Positions 11,461 to 28,340 of a DNA stretch of 64,000 bases are shown here, one piece after another. The position numbers were made by a program, and so were the translations under genes. The notes under the pieces were generated by a model that saw nothing but the letters and a program-made list of their open reading frames with translations, was not told the DNA's origin and made no database searches. Position 1 is the first letter of the stretch. Each line of letters begins with the position of its first letter. The DNA is from an uncultured Gammaproteobacteria bacterium. Lineage in GTDB: Bacteria; Pseudomonadota; Gammaproteobacteria; Enterobacterales; UBA3532. The stretch covers positions 398 through 64,397 of the forward strand of contig CAXFCR010000001.1 in assembly GCA_964001325.1 (NCBI GenBank). The letters run 5' to 3'.

Positions 11461-13038
11461 ATGAATTCGAGCTCTTATGCTAGCACTCGCTCTAAGGCTG
11501 GGAGCTCCGGACCCCCTCCATTTATCTCTAAGGAAATGCTGAAACATCGCGATTTCCTAGCTCACATGTTGTCGTATAGCGACTTGTCATTGGTGGTTTC
11601 CGGTGTTGAAGGGATTGGCAAAACTTCTTTTGTGGATTGGCTAAAAGCAGAGAACTCAGGCCTGTCTTGGCATTTGTTGGAAGCGACTGATGTAAGTAGC
11701 CGAGAATTATTGATTCAACATTTATGTTTACAGCTGCACATCAAGCCCCCGACCAAGTTGGAAAATTACGATCAATGGTTTATTTCAATTCTTGATGGTT
11801 ATCAAAGCGATAGCCCAGTTATTGTTGTTATTGATGACGCTGAAGCTCTTAGTCTTGAATGCCTGGCGTTGGTAGCAACATTTATTCTGCTACAGAAAAA
11901 AGCGAATAAGCTAACAACCCGTTTCGTATTAACAGGAAAGCCAACGCTTGAGGTCAATTTACGCAGGCTAACGGATTTTGAGCGGTTGAGCTCGCAGCTT
12001 CATTTCATACGATTAAAGGGTATAAACAAAGAAGAGCTAGTTAACTATATCAAATATCAGCTCAATCACTCTCATACAGGAGCAAGGATAGATGCTAATG
12101 AAACAACTCTGTCATTATTATATGCAAATACTAACGGAGCATTCTCTAAGCTAAATGAGGCGATAGGTAAGCTAGTTTCAGGCTATGAACTTGAGGTAAG
12201 ACAAAAGGCTCGATGGTTAACTTATGTCTATTACAGTATCGGATTGATTATATCAATAAGCTTATATTTTATTATTGAAATACCCAATGATTCTATGGAG
12301 AAGAATATTGAGCTACGTAAACGATTGGCTGACAGAGAGCCAATAGAGTCTGTTGCTACTAATGTGGAGCGGAGCTCTCTTTATCCCCATTCCGTTGCTG
12401 ATGAAAATAGAAAAGCTAGTCAGCAATCCCCCACCAAATCCACAAATAATAAAATTATTGATAAGCAAGAAGAAGCTGTTGATACGGCCAAAATTACAAT
12501 AGATAAATCTGACTCTGAGGGCAGCGCAACGGGCAATTCATCAGTAGAGAAGCCGAAGGCGAATATTACGGCCACCGCACCAGAAGTTATTGTTGAGACT
12601 AGTTCCGATTTTTCTACACAGTCCGATTCTTCTGCACAGGTAGCTACTAGCATACCTGCTCCTGCTACGGCAACAGGAATACAAGCACCAGCTGAACAAA
12701 AAGAGGCGGCAGTACCGGCTGCAGAACTATCTAATCGCTATACTGTAGACGAGTTATTTCTTTTGGAGCAGGCCAAAGAGAGTTATACCAATCAGGTGAT
12801 TGCTATGGCATCCTTAAGTGCTGCAAAAAAATATATAGAAAAACACAGTCTGCCCGAAACTGCATATGTCTATCGTCGGAAGGTCAAAGATAAAGTATAC
12901 TTTGCAGTTGTTGTCGGAATATTTTCTACAAAAAAAGAAGCACTTAAGGCAGCGAAGGTCGAGTTGAGACCTAAACTGGGTAGTGATAGTTTGACCAAAC
13001 GCCTTTCTGATATTCACGCTTCCCTAGACGGCAGTTAA
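11461..13038 (+). CDS. AAA-ATPase (ExeA-like) + TM + low-complexity linker + C-terminal SPOR domain protein (DamX-position gene)
   Basis: P-loop GVEGIGKTS, a central TM (YYSIGLIISISLYFII), a Ser/Thr/Ala-rich linker and a SPOR-like C-terminus (YFAVVVGIFSTKKEALKA). It occupies the same aroB-to-gltB slot as in Pseudomonas. Confidence 0.7.
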   Translation: MNSSSYASTRSKAGSSGPPPFISKEMLKHRDFLAHMLSYSDLSLVVSGVEGIGKTSFVDWLKAENSGLSWHLLEATDVSSRELLIQHLCLQLHIKPPTKLENYDQWFISILDGYQSDSPVIVVIDDAEALSLECLALVATFILLQKKANKLTTRFVLTGKPTLEVNLRRLTDFERLSSQLHFIRLKGINKEELVNYIKYQLNHSHTGARIDANETTLSLLYANTNGAFSKLNEAIGKLVSGYELEVRQKARWLTYVYYSIGLIISISLYFIIEIPNDSMEKNIELRKRLADREPIESVATNVERSSLYPHSVADENRKASQQSPTKSTNNKIIDKQEEAVDTAKITIDKSDSEGSATGNSSVEKPKANITATAPEVIVETSSDFSTQSDSSAQVATSIPAPATATGIQAPAEQKEAAVPAAELSNRYTVDELFLLEQAKESYTNQVIAMASLSAAKKYIEKHSLPETAYVYRRKVKDKVYFAVVVGIFSTKKEALKAAKVELRPKLGSDSLTKRLSDIHASLDGS

Positions 13039-13167
13039 CAAATGATTATTGCTCTAAATCAATAATCAAGGTAAGATCCGCCGTTCCCTCGAATATATCT
13101 ATAAATTCCCCTGGACAGGATCTGTCCGATAATATGGCGCGCCTGTCCAATTTGACACCAGGGAGAT

Positions 13168-19064
<5,897 letters not shown>

Positions 19065-19100
19065 TTAACGTTACTCACGCTTAGTGAATACTATTAGCAT

Positions 19101-19127
19101 GAAAGCCGGGGTTATCCCGGCTTTGTG
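19101..19127 (+). terminator. Hairpin after gltD (weak terminator)
   Basis: Stem aagccggg / cccggctt with loop gtta. Only a weak U-tract follows. Confidence 0.4.
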
Positions 19128-19144
19128 CTGTATGAGGCAATAGC

Positions 19145-20215
19145 ATGACCGATCTAAAAAACGACTTATACTTGCGAGCATTAGCCAAGCAACCCGTGCC
19201 CCGTACACCTGTCTGGATGATGAGACAAGCAGGGCGCTATTTGCCAGAATACAGGGCTACTCGAGCCAAAGCTGGCGATTTTATGAGCCTGTGTCGCAAT
19301 GCAGAGTTGGCCTGTGAAGTCACACTGCAGCCACTGGAACGCTATCCCTTGGATGCTGCTATCTTGTTTTCGGATATTTTAACCATTCCTGATGCGATGG
19401 GATTGGGGCTTTATTTTGAAACGGGCGAGGGGCCAAAATTTGAACGACCACTCCGTAGTATGAGTGATATCGAAAAACTTCCAGTACCTGATCCTGAGGA
19501 TGAGTTAGGTTATGTGATGAATGCGGTGAAAACTATCCGTGGTGCGCTTGATGGTCGAGTTCCATTGATTGGCTTTTCAGGAAGCCCTTGGACTCTGGCG
19601 ACCTACATGTGTGAAGGTGGCAGTAGCAAGACGTTTCGCTACACGAAGGAGCTGATGTATCGTCATCCGGAGGCGCTTCACCTTCTACTGGATAAACTGG
19701 CAGATTCGGTTATTGACTATCTCAACGCTCAGGTCGCAAATGGCGCTCAGTCATTAATGATTTTTGATACCTGGGGCGGAGTATTAACGCCGAGAGACTA
19801 TAAAGCGTTTTCTCTATTCTATATGACAAAAATCGTTGCTGGCTTAAATCGTGAGAACGAAGGACGCAAGGTTCCCGTAACGTTATTTACCAAGAACGGA
19901 GGCCAGTGGTTGGATCAAATGGCCAGAAGCGGTTGTGATGCCCTTGGTGTTGACTGGACAACCGATTTGGAAACGGCTCGCACCCTGGTTGATGGTCAGG
20001 TGGCACTGCAGGGTAATATGGACCCTTCAATGCTCTACGGAACCCCCGAGCGGATCAGGGAAGAAGTAAAGCGCATACTGAAAAGTTATGGTAAAGGCAG
20101 TGGGCACGTTTTTAATCTGGGTCATGGTATTCACCCAGATATCGATCCTGAAAATGTACGCGTGTTCATTGATTCTGTTGCCGAGTTTAGCGCTCAGTAC
20201 CACCAAGGTTGTTAA
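19145..20215 (+). CDS. hemE: Uroporphyrinogen decarboxylase
   Basis: [15 protein letters not shown] signature, 356 aa. Confidence 0.97.
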   Translation: MTDLKNDLYLRALAKQPVPRTPVWMMRQAGRYLPEYRATRAKAGDFMSLCRNAELACEVTLQPLERYPLDAAILFSDILTIPDAMGLGLYFETGEGPKFERPLRSMSDIEKLPVPDPEDELGYVMNAVKTIRGALDGRVPLIGFSGSPWTLATYMCEGGSSKTFRYTKELMYRHPEALHLLLDKLADSVIDYLNAQVANGAQSLMIFDTWGGVLTPRDYKAFSLFYMTKIVAGLNRENEGRKVPVTLFTKNGGQWLDQMARSGCDALGVDWTTDLETARTLVDGQVALQGNMDPSMLYGTPERIREEVKRILKSYGKGSGHVFNLGHGIHPDIDPENVRVFIDSVAEFSAQYHQGC

Positions 20216-20216
20216 G

Positions 20217-20699
20217 GTGCATAAAGCCATATATCCAGGTACTTTTGATCCCATAACTCTGGGTCATCAGGACATTATCCGTCGAGGTTTGCATTTGTTT
20301 GAGCATGTCGTGGTAGCTGTTGCTGATAGCAAAAGTAAAGCGCCATGTTTTTCTCTTGAAGAACGTGTTGGCTTGATCAAGCAGGCATTCAAAGATGAGC
20401 CACGTGTTGATGTGGTCAGCTTTCGAGGGCTGTTGGTCGACTTAGCTCAAAAGTACGAAGCGACCGTTTTATTGCGTGGGCTGCGTGGTGTAGCGGATTA
20501 TGAATACGAACAGCAGATGGCGAATATGAATTATCATTTAAACGAGCAGTTGGAAACGGTATTTTTGTCTTCGCGCCACCATCGCTCTTTTGTTTCTTCC
20601 ACCTTAGTGCGCGAAGTTGCGACCATGCGTGGTGATGTCTCTGCGCTTGTACCTACGTGTGTCGCGGAGGCGTTGGCACACAAGTTTCCTAAAGCTTGA
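20217..20699 (+). CDS. coaD: Phosphopantetheine adenylyltransferase
   Basis: The AIYPGTFDPITLGH motif. The GTG at 20217 lies 1 nt after the hemE stop; the tracked 20088 start would overlap hemE. Confidence 0.92.
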   Translation: MHKAIYPGTFDPITLGHQDIIRRGLHLFEHVVVAVADSKSKAPCFSLEERVGLIKQAFKDEPRVDVVSFRGLLVDLAQKYEATVLLRGLRGVADYEYEQQMANMNYHLNEQLETVFLSSRHHRSFVSSTLVREVATMRGDVSALVPTCVAEALAHKFPKA

Positions 20700-20706
20700 G
20701 TATTGA

Positions 20707-20976
<270 letters not shown>

Positions 20977-20996
20977 GCTGGTTCTAATCGATTTCA

Positions 20997-21812
20997 TTAT
21001 TGCTGGCAATTAGGGCAATAGAAGCTCCGGCGCTGCCCTAAAACAATAGCCTCTATTGGCGTTTGGCAGACCATGCACGGGGCGTTTAGTCTGCCATAAA
21101 CCATTAGCTCTTGGGCGAAGTAGCCCGGGCTTCCATCGGCAGAGTAAAAGTCCTTTAATGTTGTTCCACCGACGTCAACCGCTTTGCTAATGACTCGTAT
21201 AATGGCTTGGTGGAGCTTGTGTACCTCGTCAGCACTAAGACTGCATGCGCTGCGTTTGGGGCTGATACCTGCGGCAAAAAGAGATTCGTTGGCGTAAATA
21301 TTCCCCACCCCCACAACGACCTGGTTATCCATAATAACCTGTTTAATAGCAGCTTTTCGGCGTGCGAGTTGGGCCATGAATTCTTCCAGAAAAAAAGCTT
21401 CCGGTGTCGGTTCTGGGCCTAGGCGAGCAATATAGCCGAGTTGTTCCGGATCGCTCTCCCATTGCCAAAAGCCGAAGCGCCGTGGATCGTTATAGCGAAT
21501 CAATGTCCCGTTGTTTAGTATGAGATCAATATGATCGTGCTTTTTTTGGGGGGAGGCATGAGAGGTTATGCTTAGCTTGCCTGACATCCCTAGATGAATG
21601 ATCAACGACTTATTTGCTGTGGTAGGGATAATTAGATATTTGGCCCTGCGACGAACGGATAATATCCTTGCGCCAGTCAGCTCTTTAGCTAAGTGCGAAG
21701 GCACGGGATAACGCAATTTTGATTGACGAATGATTATCTCGTCGACGCTTGCTTGTGTCATTGCTGGAGAAATACCCCGGCGAATGGTTTCAACTTCTGG
21801 AAGCTCGGGCAT
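20997..21812 (-). CDS. mutM: Formamidopyrimidine-DNA glycosylase
   Basis: N-terminal PELPEVE, a C-terminal zinc finger (CxxC...CPNCQ), 271 aa. Confidence 0.95.
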   Translation of the reverse strand: MPELPEVETIRRGISPAMTQASVDEIIIRQSKLRYPVPSHLAKELTGARILSVRRRAKYLIIPTTANKSLIIHLGMSGKLSITSHASPQKKHDHIDLILNNGTLIRYNDPRRFGFWQWESDPEQLGYIARLGPEPTPEAFFLEEFMAQLARRKAAIKQVIMDNQVVVGVGNIYANESLFAAGISPKRSACSLSADEVHKLHQAIIRVISKAVDVGGTTLKDFYSADGSPGYFAQELMVYGRLNAPCMVCQTPIEAIVLGQRRSFYCPNCQQ

Positions 21813-21813
21813 G

Positions 21814-22242
21814 TTATCGATTCAGTTCGTTCATAAGTTGCTGTACTTGCTGATCAGGAGCTAACTGGTATACCACTGATTGACTGCTACGGTATAGCCA
21901 TATAGCGTTTGGGGATAGCTGAATGAATAACGATTCGCTCATCCCATCGATATAATACACCGTTATCTCTGTTATCCCTTTAGGCAAGCTACGGTAGTTA
22001 CTTTGGCTGATATAAGACAGGTTTTGCCATACTTCAATCGTATGATCTTCGGATAGGTGCTGCTCATCAATACCTAGCTTTTGGATAGGCTTTGTGAATA
22101 TCCGCGAAGTCACATCGCTACTATTGTTGAGAGTATTATGATTTAATCGCTTACTGACCGCCAGCAGGGTAATTATCATCACCAAAGTGACGAATATCAT
22201 TAGGTTCAGCCAGTGACGTCGAGTCATCGTTGATTGTGTCAT
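21814..22242 (-). CDS. Hypothetical membrane-anchored protein (142 aa), translationally abutting mutM
   Basis: A single N-terminal TM (WLNLMIFVTLVMIITLLAV). Its stop is 1 nt from the mutM start. I recognised no family. Confidence 0.45.
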   Translation of the reverse strand: MTQSTMTRRHWLNLMIFVTLVMIITLLAVSKRLNHNTLNNSSDVTSRIFTKPIQKLGIDEQHLSEDHTIEVWQNLSYISQSNYRSLPKGITEITVYYIDGMSESLFIQLSPNAIWLYRSSQSVVYQLAPDQQVQQLMNELNR

Positions 22243-22321
22243 AGCCAGTGAGATTAACCTAAACCAACTATTTTGACCAGCTATCCAAGGCTATTGAGTC
22301 ACCTATAAGGAGTTGCGCATC

Positions 22322-24319
22322 ATGACTAAATGTATAATTGGCATCGATACCGGCGGTACATTTACCGACTTTGTACTCTTGCGTGACGGTGAAGTAATCA
22401 CACATAAAGTGCTATCAACGCCAGATAGTCCTGAACGTGCGATTTTAAAAGGCTTGGATGAATTGGGACTGGCCAATAGCCCTATCGACATGATACATGG
22501 CTCCACCGTCGCGACTAACGCGGCATTAGAAGGCAAAGGCGTGAAAACGCTCTATATTGCCAATGTTGGATTAGAAGATGTTTTAAGTATTGGTAGACAG
22601 CAGCGTCGGTCACTATATTCGCTAGCACCGACACCGCGAGCAAAGCCTGTTCCAAGCGAGTGTTGCGTTGGAGTAGCTGCTAGAACGGCCGCTGATGGTT
22701 GTGATATTCAAGTGTTACAGGCTAAAGGTTTGGAGTTGCTCAATCGCTATCTAAAACATGAGCGTCCCTCTGCAGTGGCGATTAATCTGGTTTTTTCCTT
22801 TGTAAACGACCAGCAAGAGCTAGCGTTGGAGGAGTGGTTGAATCAACATTGGCCACAACTATTTGTCAGTCGTTCGTCTAAAGTGTTGCCTGAATACCGA
22901 GAGTACGAGCGAGGGATTGCTACGTGGCTTAATGCTTGTTTGGGGCCGCTGATGCAAGGATATCTACTTCGCCTGGAGCAAGGTGTTAAACAGCTACACC
23001 CAAACTACACTATGGCGATGATGCAGTCGAGCGGAGAAACTCTGGATATAGCTCAAGCGGCTGAGCAAAGTGTCCGGCTACTACTATCGGGACCAGCGGG
23101 AGGTGTTGCTGCGGTGAACTATCTAGCCTGTGAACTGGGGGAAGAGCGCCTGCTTAGCTTTGATATGGGAGGAACATCTACGGATGTCGCCGTATACAAC
23201 CAAGGAATAGGTCTGACCACAGAGGGTAGAATTGGCGAGTATCCGGTCGCTGTCCCTATGGTCGACATGCATACCATAGGTGCGGGTGGTGGTTCGATTG
23301 GCCATGTTGATGACGGCGGGTGTTTGCGCGTCGGGCCTGGATCTGCGGGGGCTATGCCTGGGCCAGCTTGCTATGGCAAAGGTGGAGAATTACCTACGGT
23401 GACTGATGCTAACCTTTACTTGGGCTACTTGCCGCACTTTACATTATTGGCCGGAGGTATGCCTGTAAATCTTGAGGGCGCGGAGAGAGCATTGACTGAG
23501 CTTGCTTCGCAGCTTGGGGTTAGCGTTGAAGAAGCTGCGAGCGGTATTCTTGAGCTGGCGAATGAAAATATGGCAGCGGCTTTACGAGTCATGTCTGTTG
23601 AGCGAGGTCTGCTTCCGAGTACCTTTACCTTGGTTTGTTTTGGTGGTGCTGGAGGTTTGCACCTTTGCGCATTGGCAGAAAAGCTGGGGATGAGTAAAGC
23701 CATTATTCCCCAGTTTGGTGGTGTGCTTTCGGCTTTTGGGATGCTGGTCGCGCCTAAAGGGGGGCAATGGTCACGAAGTTGGTGTTGAACATTATCTAGT
23801 TGTGATGCATTGGCAATCGATACGCTCTTTACCGACATCGAGCAGCAAATCATCCGAGAACGTGGAAAGCAAGCTCTGGATGGTGCAGAGATGATACGCA
23901 GTGTTGATTGCCGGTACAGTGGGCAAACCAGTACGATTACCCTGCCGTTTGAGTCGTTTGAAAAACTATCAATAGCATTTCACGCACGACATAAGTATCA
24001 ATTTGGTCACCAGCTTGCGGTGGATATCGAGATAGTGACTTTGCGAGTGCAGTTGAATCAGCCTGCGTCTCCAGTATCTTTGCCTTGCGCAGAAAAACAA
24101 AGTGATATCATTATATTGGGAAGGCAAAAGCTGGTTGGCGAAGGCGCTGAGGTTGACGTGATCAAGCGCAGCTCTATGTTCAGTGGTTACACCGCAAGGG
24201 GGCCGTTAATTATTGCTGAAGATACAACGACCCACTTTGTTAAGCCGGGCTGGTGTGTGAAGGTGTTGAATAGTGGGCACTTGAGTTTGGATAGAGTAGA
24301 ACCTAGCCCAGCGACTTAG
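22322..24319 (+). pseudogene. Hydantoinase/oxoprolinase A-family (HyuA-like) gene interrupted by one in-frame TGA (23786-23788)
   Basis: The N-terminal GIDTGGTFTDFV motif and the later GGTSTD motif. The tracked ORFs 22313-23788 and 23810-24319 are in the same frame, and together they total about 667 codons, the normal family length. An AAGGAG SD lies 10 nt before the ATG at 22322. Confidence 0.7.
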
Positions 24320-25544
24320 CCAGCTCCTCAGCTTTGGTTACGCTGTCAATATAGGCTTGGCTAAATAGCTCGCACTTGGATTGAACATTTTTGCTGTCGC
24401 CAATGACTATGTTATCCCAGCGTTCCCAATGCCCGGTTTCATAGGCAAGTACACAATCAAGAATATTACCAATATCGCCAGACTTATTCAGGATGCCATC
24501 TCGCACCATGTCGGCAAGAGGGATAGAGGAGAGTGCTTCTTCGAGAGGCATATCCAGCACGGCGTCTAAACCTGAGAATAACCCAGCAGTGAAAAATACA
24601 TGGCCGTTAGGGTACCTTAGCTTTTCGGCGACACTTTGACACATATGGCCACGGATAAACAGGGTCTGGAACAGCGATGATGGTTTATCCGAAACACTGC
24701 TCAACGCTAACAGGGTAAGCCAACTACGAAGCTGCATTAGCCCAATAAATACAATTGCTTCCTTAACACTTTCAATGGTTCTGGGCAGTCCGAATGCTGC
24801 GGAATTGATTATTTTTAACAATTTGTAGGTTAGAGCGGTATCCTGAGTCATCAGCCGCTCTATGTTTTCGGGCGTTACATTCGGGTCTTGAAGCTCTTGA
24901 AGAATACGTAGCGCAATCGTGCCACTGGTTTTGATTTTTTTGCCCGTCATAATTTTGGGGCGGCTTAAAAAATAGCCCTGGAAAAGTTCAAACCCAATGT
25001 CTAGACAATGCTGGAACTCTTCGTGGGTCTCGACTTTTTCCGCCAGCAACTTTGCAGGAAGGGGTTTTAATAGCTTCATGTGTTGCTGCAGTCGAGCGCG
25101 ATCCATTGCCATCAGGTCAATTTTTATATAGTCGACCAGCGGCAGCAATGGATCATATTGACGACTATAGTTGAAATCATCAAGTGCGATTTTATAGCCC
25201 TGCGCTGAGGTTTTTTTCACCCAGCTAACCAGGCTTGGGGTCACTGGAACGGTTTCCAGAATTTCGAAAACGATGTGATCTTTAGGGAAGGGAAGGTTGT
25301 CAGGCAGGGCAATGAGCTGTTCCGACATGTTTACAAATGCAGGGTTTCCGGCAGTGATCAACTCAATATTGGAAGCGTAAGCGTTTATAAGGACTTCAGA
25401 GCTGGCCTTGGCATCGTCTAGTATTTCTGCACGGTTCAGGCTATCTCCGCGAAATAGAAGCTCGTAGGCAACCACATTGAGTTTTCTGTCGTAGATTGGC
25501 TGGCGAGCGAGCAGTATATCGCTATCCTCAACAACTACCGTCAT
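24303..25544 (-). CDS. EAL-like + HDOD domain signalling protein
   Basis: N-terminal LARQPIYDR...YELLFR EAL-type signature and a C-terminal HDOD-like region, 413 aa. Confidence 0.82.
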   Translation of the reverse strand: MTVVVEDSDILLARQPIYDRKLNVVAYELLFRGDSLNRAEILDDAKASSEVLINAYASNIELITAGNPAFVNMSEQLIALPDNLPFPKDHIVFEILETVPVTPSLVSWVKKTSAQGYKIALDDFNYSRQYDPLLPLVDYIKIDLMAMDRARLQQHMKLLKPLPAKLLAEKVETHEEFQHCLDIGFELFQGYFLSRPKIMTGKKIKTSGTIALRILQELQDPNVTPENIERLMTQDTALTYKLLKIINSAAFGLPRTIESVKEAIVFIGLMQLRSWLTLLALSSVSDKPSSLFQTLFIRGHMCQSVAEKLRYPNGHVFFTAGLFSGLDAVLDMPLEEALSSIPLADMVRDGILNKSGDIGNILDCVLAYETGHWERWDNIVIGDSKNVQSKCELFSQAYIDSVTKAEELAKSLG

Positions 25545-25674
25545 AGAGTCTACCCTTTATTGTGTAAAAATTACGATGATGAACGCCGTATTGGGAGCCG
25601 AATTGCATTCTCGATGGCGCGCCTTAACAATAAGGATAGAAATCAATCAGTGGAAAGTAAATGTGTTGAGAATA

Positions 25675-25706
25675 AAAAAAGCCCCGCGTGATGCGGGGCT
25701 TTTTTG
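25675..25706 (-). terminator. Intrinsic (bidirectional-looking) terminator after rpmG
   Basis: Stem gccccgc / gcggggc with loop gtgat, flanked by an A-run and a T-run. Confidence 0.75.
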
Positions 25707-25727
25707 CGTTCGGAGGCGAGCAAAAAT

Positions 25728-25883
25728 TTACTTGATTTTTGCCTCTTTAAACACCACGTGTTTACGAACGACTGGATCGTACTTTTTGAATTCCAGCTTA
25801 TCTGGAGTAGTACGTTTGTTTTTGGTTGTGGTGTAGAAAAAACCTGTATCGGCAGTAGATACCAGCTTGATTTTATCTCTCAT
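25728..25883 (-). CDS. rpmG: 50S ribosomal protein L33 (51 aa; below the ORF-track cutoff)
   Basis: Manual translation gives [51 protein letters not shown], directly downstream of rpmB. Confidence 0.95.
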   Translation of the reverse strand: MRDKIKLVSTADTGFFYTTTKNKRTTPDKLEFKKYDPVVRKHVVFKEAKIK

Positions 25884-25895
25884 GATAATACCCTC

Positions 25896-26132
25896 TTAAA
25901 CCTTTTCGCCACGCGCGCGAAGGTCAGCCAAAACCGTATCGATGCCTTTCTTATCGATAATACGCAAACCTTTAGATGAAACACGAAGTTTCACAAAACG
26001 GTTCTCGCTAGCCACCCAAAAACGGTGAGAATGAAGATTAGGTAAAAAACGACGACGAGTCGTATTGTGTGCGTGTGAAACATTGTTTCCTGTAACAGGA
26101 CGTTTTCCTGTTACTTGACATACTTTAGACAT
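25896..26132 (-). CDS. rpmB: 50S ribosomal protein L28
   Basis: [21 protein letters not shown]... The canonical start is 5 codons inside the tracked ORF. Confidence 0.95.
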   Translation of the reverse strand: MSKVCQVTGKRPVTGNNVSHAHNTTRRRFLPNLHSHRFWVASENRFVKLRVSSKGLRIIDKKGIDTVLADLRARGEKV

Positions 26133-26301
26133 TAATTTGGCCTCCAAAAACGTTGAAAAAGCGTCTGCCCCTAATTCAAAGGCCGCACATGTTATATGAT
26201 CAAAGGCGATTGATCAAGCCTATTTTGCCTGCAAAAGCGCTATTAGCTTTGGCTTTACTTTCACCATGCTAAATATGGCGCAAATGCATATATCTGGTGT
26301 G

Positions 26302-26976
26302 CTATAACAGTCCATGTTCCGCGAATGAAAATGGTGCTTCGTCGCCAATGATTAAATGGTCCAGTACCTTTACATCGAGTAACGCCAGCGTTTGTTGCAA
26401 TGTTTTGGTGATTCGGATGTCGCTGTCGCTGGCTTGCACGTGGCCGGATGGGTGATTATGGGCGAATATAATGGCTGAGGCATTCAGTTTGAGTGCATGT
26501 TGAGCCACAATTCGAGGATAGACTTGAGCGCCATCGACGGTGCCATAAAAAAGCTCCTTAAAGCTAATAACCCGGTGTTGTGTATCCAGAAATAAACCAC
26601 AAAAGACTTCGCTAGGTAGATGGCGCAGCTGCAGGGTAAGAAAGTCTTTGGCGCTGTCGGGATCGGTAATGGCTGAGCCTTTATCTCGCGAGCACAATAA
26701 ATAACGGCGTGACATTTCAAGGCAAGCCTGAAGTTGCACATATTTTGCTTGGCCCAAGCCTCGATGACTGCAAAAAGCATCATATTCTGCTTCGATTAGT
26801 GAACGTAAACTTCCGAACTCACCCAATAAGCGTCGAGCCAGGTCGACGGCAGACTCCCCCTGAACACCAACGCGTAAGAAAATGGCAAGAAGTTCAGCAT
26901 CAGAGAGAGAGTTGGCACCTTGTGCTAGCAGTTTTTCTCGTGGCCGCTCCTGAGCTGGCCAGTCCTGTATCGACAT
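26302..26976 (-). CDS. radC: RadC/YicR-family JAB-domain protein
   Basis: The HNHPSG JAMM motif, an N-terminal HhH-like region, 224 aa, and conserved neighbourhood with rpmBG and coaBC. Confidence 0.9.
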   Translation of the reverse strand: MSIQDWPAQERPREKLLAQGANSLSDAELLAIFLRVGVQGESAVDLARRLLGEFGSLRSLIEAEYDAFCSHRGLGQAKYVQLQACLEMSRRYLLCSRDKGSAITDPDSAKDFLTLQLRHLPSEVFCGLFLDTQHRVISFKELFYGTVDGAQVYPRIVAQHALKLNASAIIFAHNHPSGHVQASDSDIRITKTLQQTLALLDVKVLDHLIIGDEAPFSFAEHGLL

Positions 26977-27031
26977 CTTGCATCCTTGTATATACCTATC
27001 CTTGATATGCGTATAATAATCGGATACGTCA

Positions 27032-28330
27032 TTGGGTAAAATCTCTTTTTTATTATCAAGTGGTGATTTTTTGGAATTACAAGGTGATCTGGAGTTACAG
27101 GGTAAAAAGGTATTGCTGGGAGTGGCTGGAGGAATTGCCGCTTATAAGTCGCATGAGTTGGTAAGACTTTTAATTAAAGTGGGGGCTGATGTTCGGGTGG
27201 TATTGACGCAAAATGCGCGTCACTTTGTGTCTGAAACCAGCCTGCAGGCATTATGTGGTCACAGTGTTCGTTGTGACATCTTTGATGAGCACGCAGAGGC
27301 AGCCATGGGGCATATTGAATTGGCCAGGTGGGCTGATCTCATTTGTATTGCGCCAGCTACAGCTAACTTGATGGCGCGTCTAGCGACAGGAATGGCAGAT
27401 GAGTTGCTGACCACGTTATGCTTGGCTTCAAGTTGCCCAATTGTTGTTGCACCGGCTATGAATATGCATATGTGGGCACATCCTGCTACTCAGGCGAACG
27501 TGTCGACATTAACCAGCTTTGGGTATCACCTCGTTGGGCCTGCAAGTGGTGAGCAGGCGTGCGGGGATATTGGCCCTGGAAGAATGATTGAGCCATCACA
27601 GATTTTTTCTTATTTATTGTCTATAGTTAACTCAAAAGCGTTGGGAGGTGCATTAAGGGGGCGTACGGTGATGATTACCGCCGGGCCGACCAGGGAAGCA
27701 ATTGATCCCGTGCGCTATATTACCAATCATAGCTCTGGAAAAATGGGCTATGCGTTGGCTCAGGCCGCCTTAAATAGCGGAGCGTCAGTCATTTTAGTCT
27801 CTGGTCCCGTCGCTTTGGAACCGCCGGTTGGAGCAACGCTAATATCTGTAGAAAGTGCATTGGACATGCAAAGGGCCTGCCTGAGCCAAGTTGAAGGCTG
27901 TGATATTTTTATTGGTTGTGCGGCTGTGGCTGACTATCGAGCCAAAACATTACAGCCGCAAAAAATGAAAAAGTCGGGTGATAATAATGAGGTTATCGCG
28001 CTGGAGCTAGTTGCTAATCCCGATATCTTAGCGACGGTTGCTGCTATGGAGCATCCTCCTTTTTGTGTCGGTTTTGCCGCTGAAACCCAAAATGTCGAGG
28101 AATATGCCAGGCAAAAGCTGGTAGCCAAAAAATTGAAGGTGATTGCCGCCAATCATGTTGGCATAGAAGGGCAGGGTTTCAATAGTGATGATAACGCTTT
28201 GATAGTATTAAGTGGTTCGCGACGATACGAAATAGCGAAAGCCAGTAAATCCAAGGTGGCAAATGATTTGATGCGCCTTATTGCCGATGAGTATCTGGCT
28301 GGATCAGCAGAAATAAAGAACAAGATGTAA
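27032..28330 (+). CDS. coaBC: Bifunctional phosphopantothenoylcysteine decarboxylase / phosphopantothenate-cysteine ligase
   Basis: [17 protein letters not shown] followed by [23 protein letters not shown]. No in-frame ATG lies near the 5' end. Candidate starts are TTG 27032, TTG 27071 and CTG 27089. Confidence 0.92.
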   Translation: MGKISFLLSSGDFLELQGDLELQGKKVLLGVAGGIAAYKSHELVRLLIKVGADVRVVLTQNARHFVSETSLQALCGHSVRCDIFDEHAEAAMGHIELARWADLICIAPATANLMARLATGMADELLTTLCLASSCPIVVAPAMNMHMWAHPATQANVSTLTSFGYHLVGPASGEQACGDIGPGRMIEPSQIFSYLLSIVNSKALGGALRGRTVMITAGPTREAIDPVRYITNHSSGKMGYALAQAALNSGASVILVSGPVALEPPVGATLISVESALDMQRACLSQVEGCDIFIGCAAVADYRAKTLQPQKMKKSGDNNEVIALELVANPDILATVAAMEHPPFCVGFAAETQNVEEYARQKLVAKKLKVIAANHVGIEGQGFNSDDNALIVLSGSRRYEIAKASKSKVANDLMRLIADEYLAGSAEIKNKM

Positions 28331-28340
28331 TGGAACAAGC

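Noticed and set aside
23786-23788. The in-frame TGA in the HyuA-like gene as a selenocysteine codon
   Set aside because: I found no convincing SECIS-like hairpin in the 40 nt downstream (only a 4-bp stem), the window has no sel genes, and this family is not known to use Sec. A nonsense mutation or sequencing error is more parsimonious.
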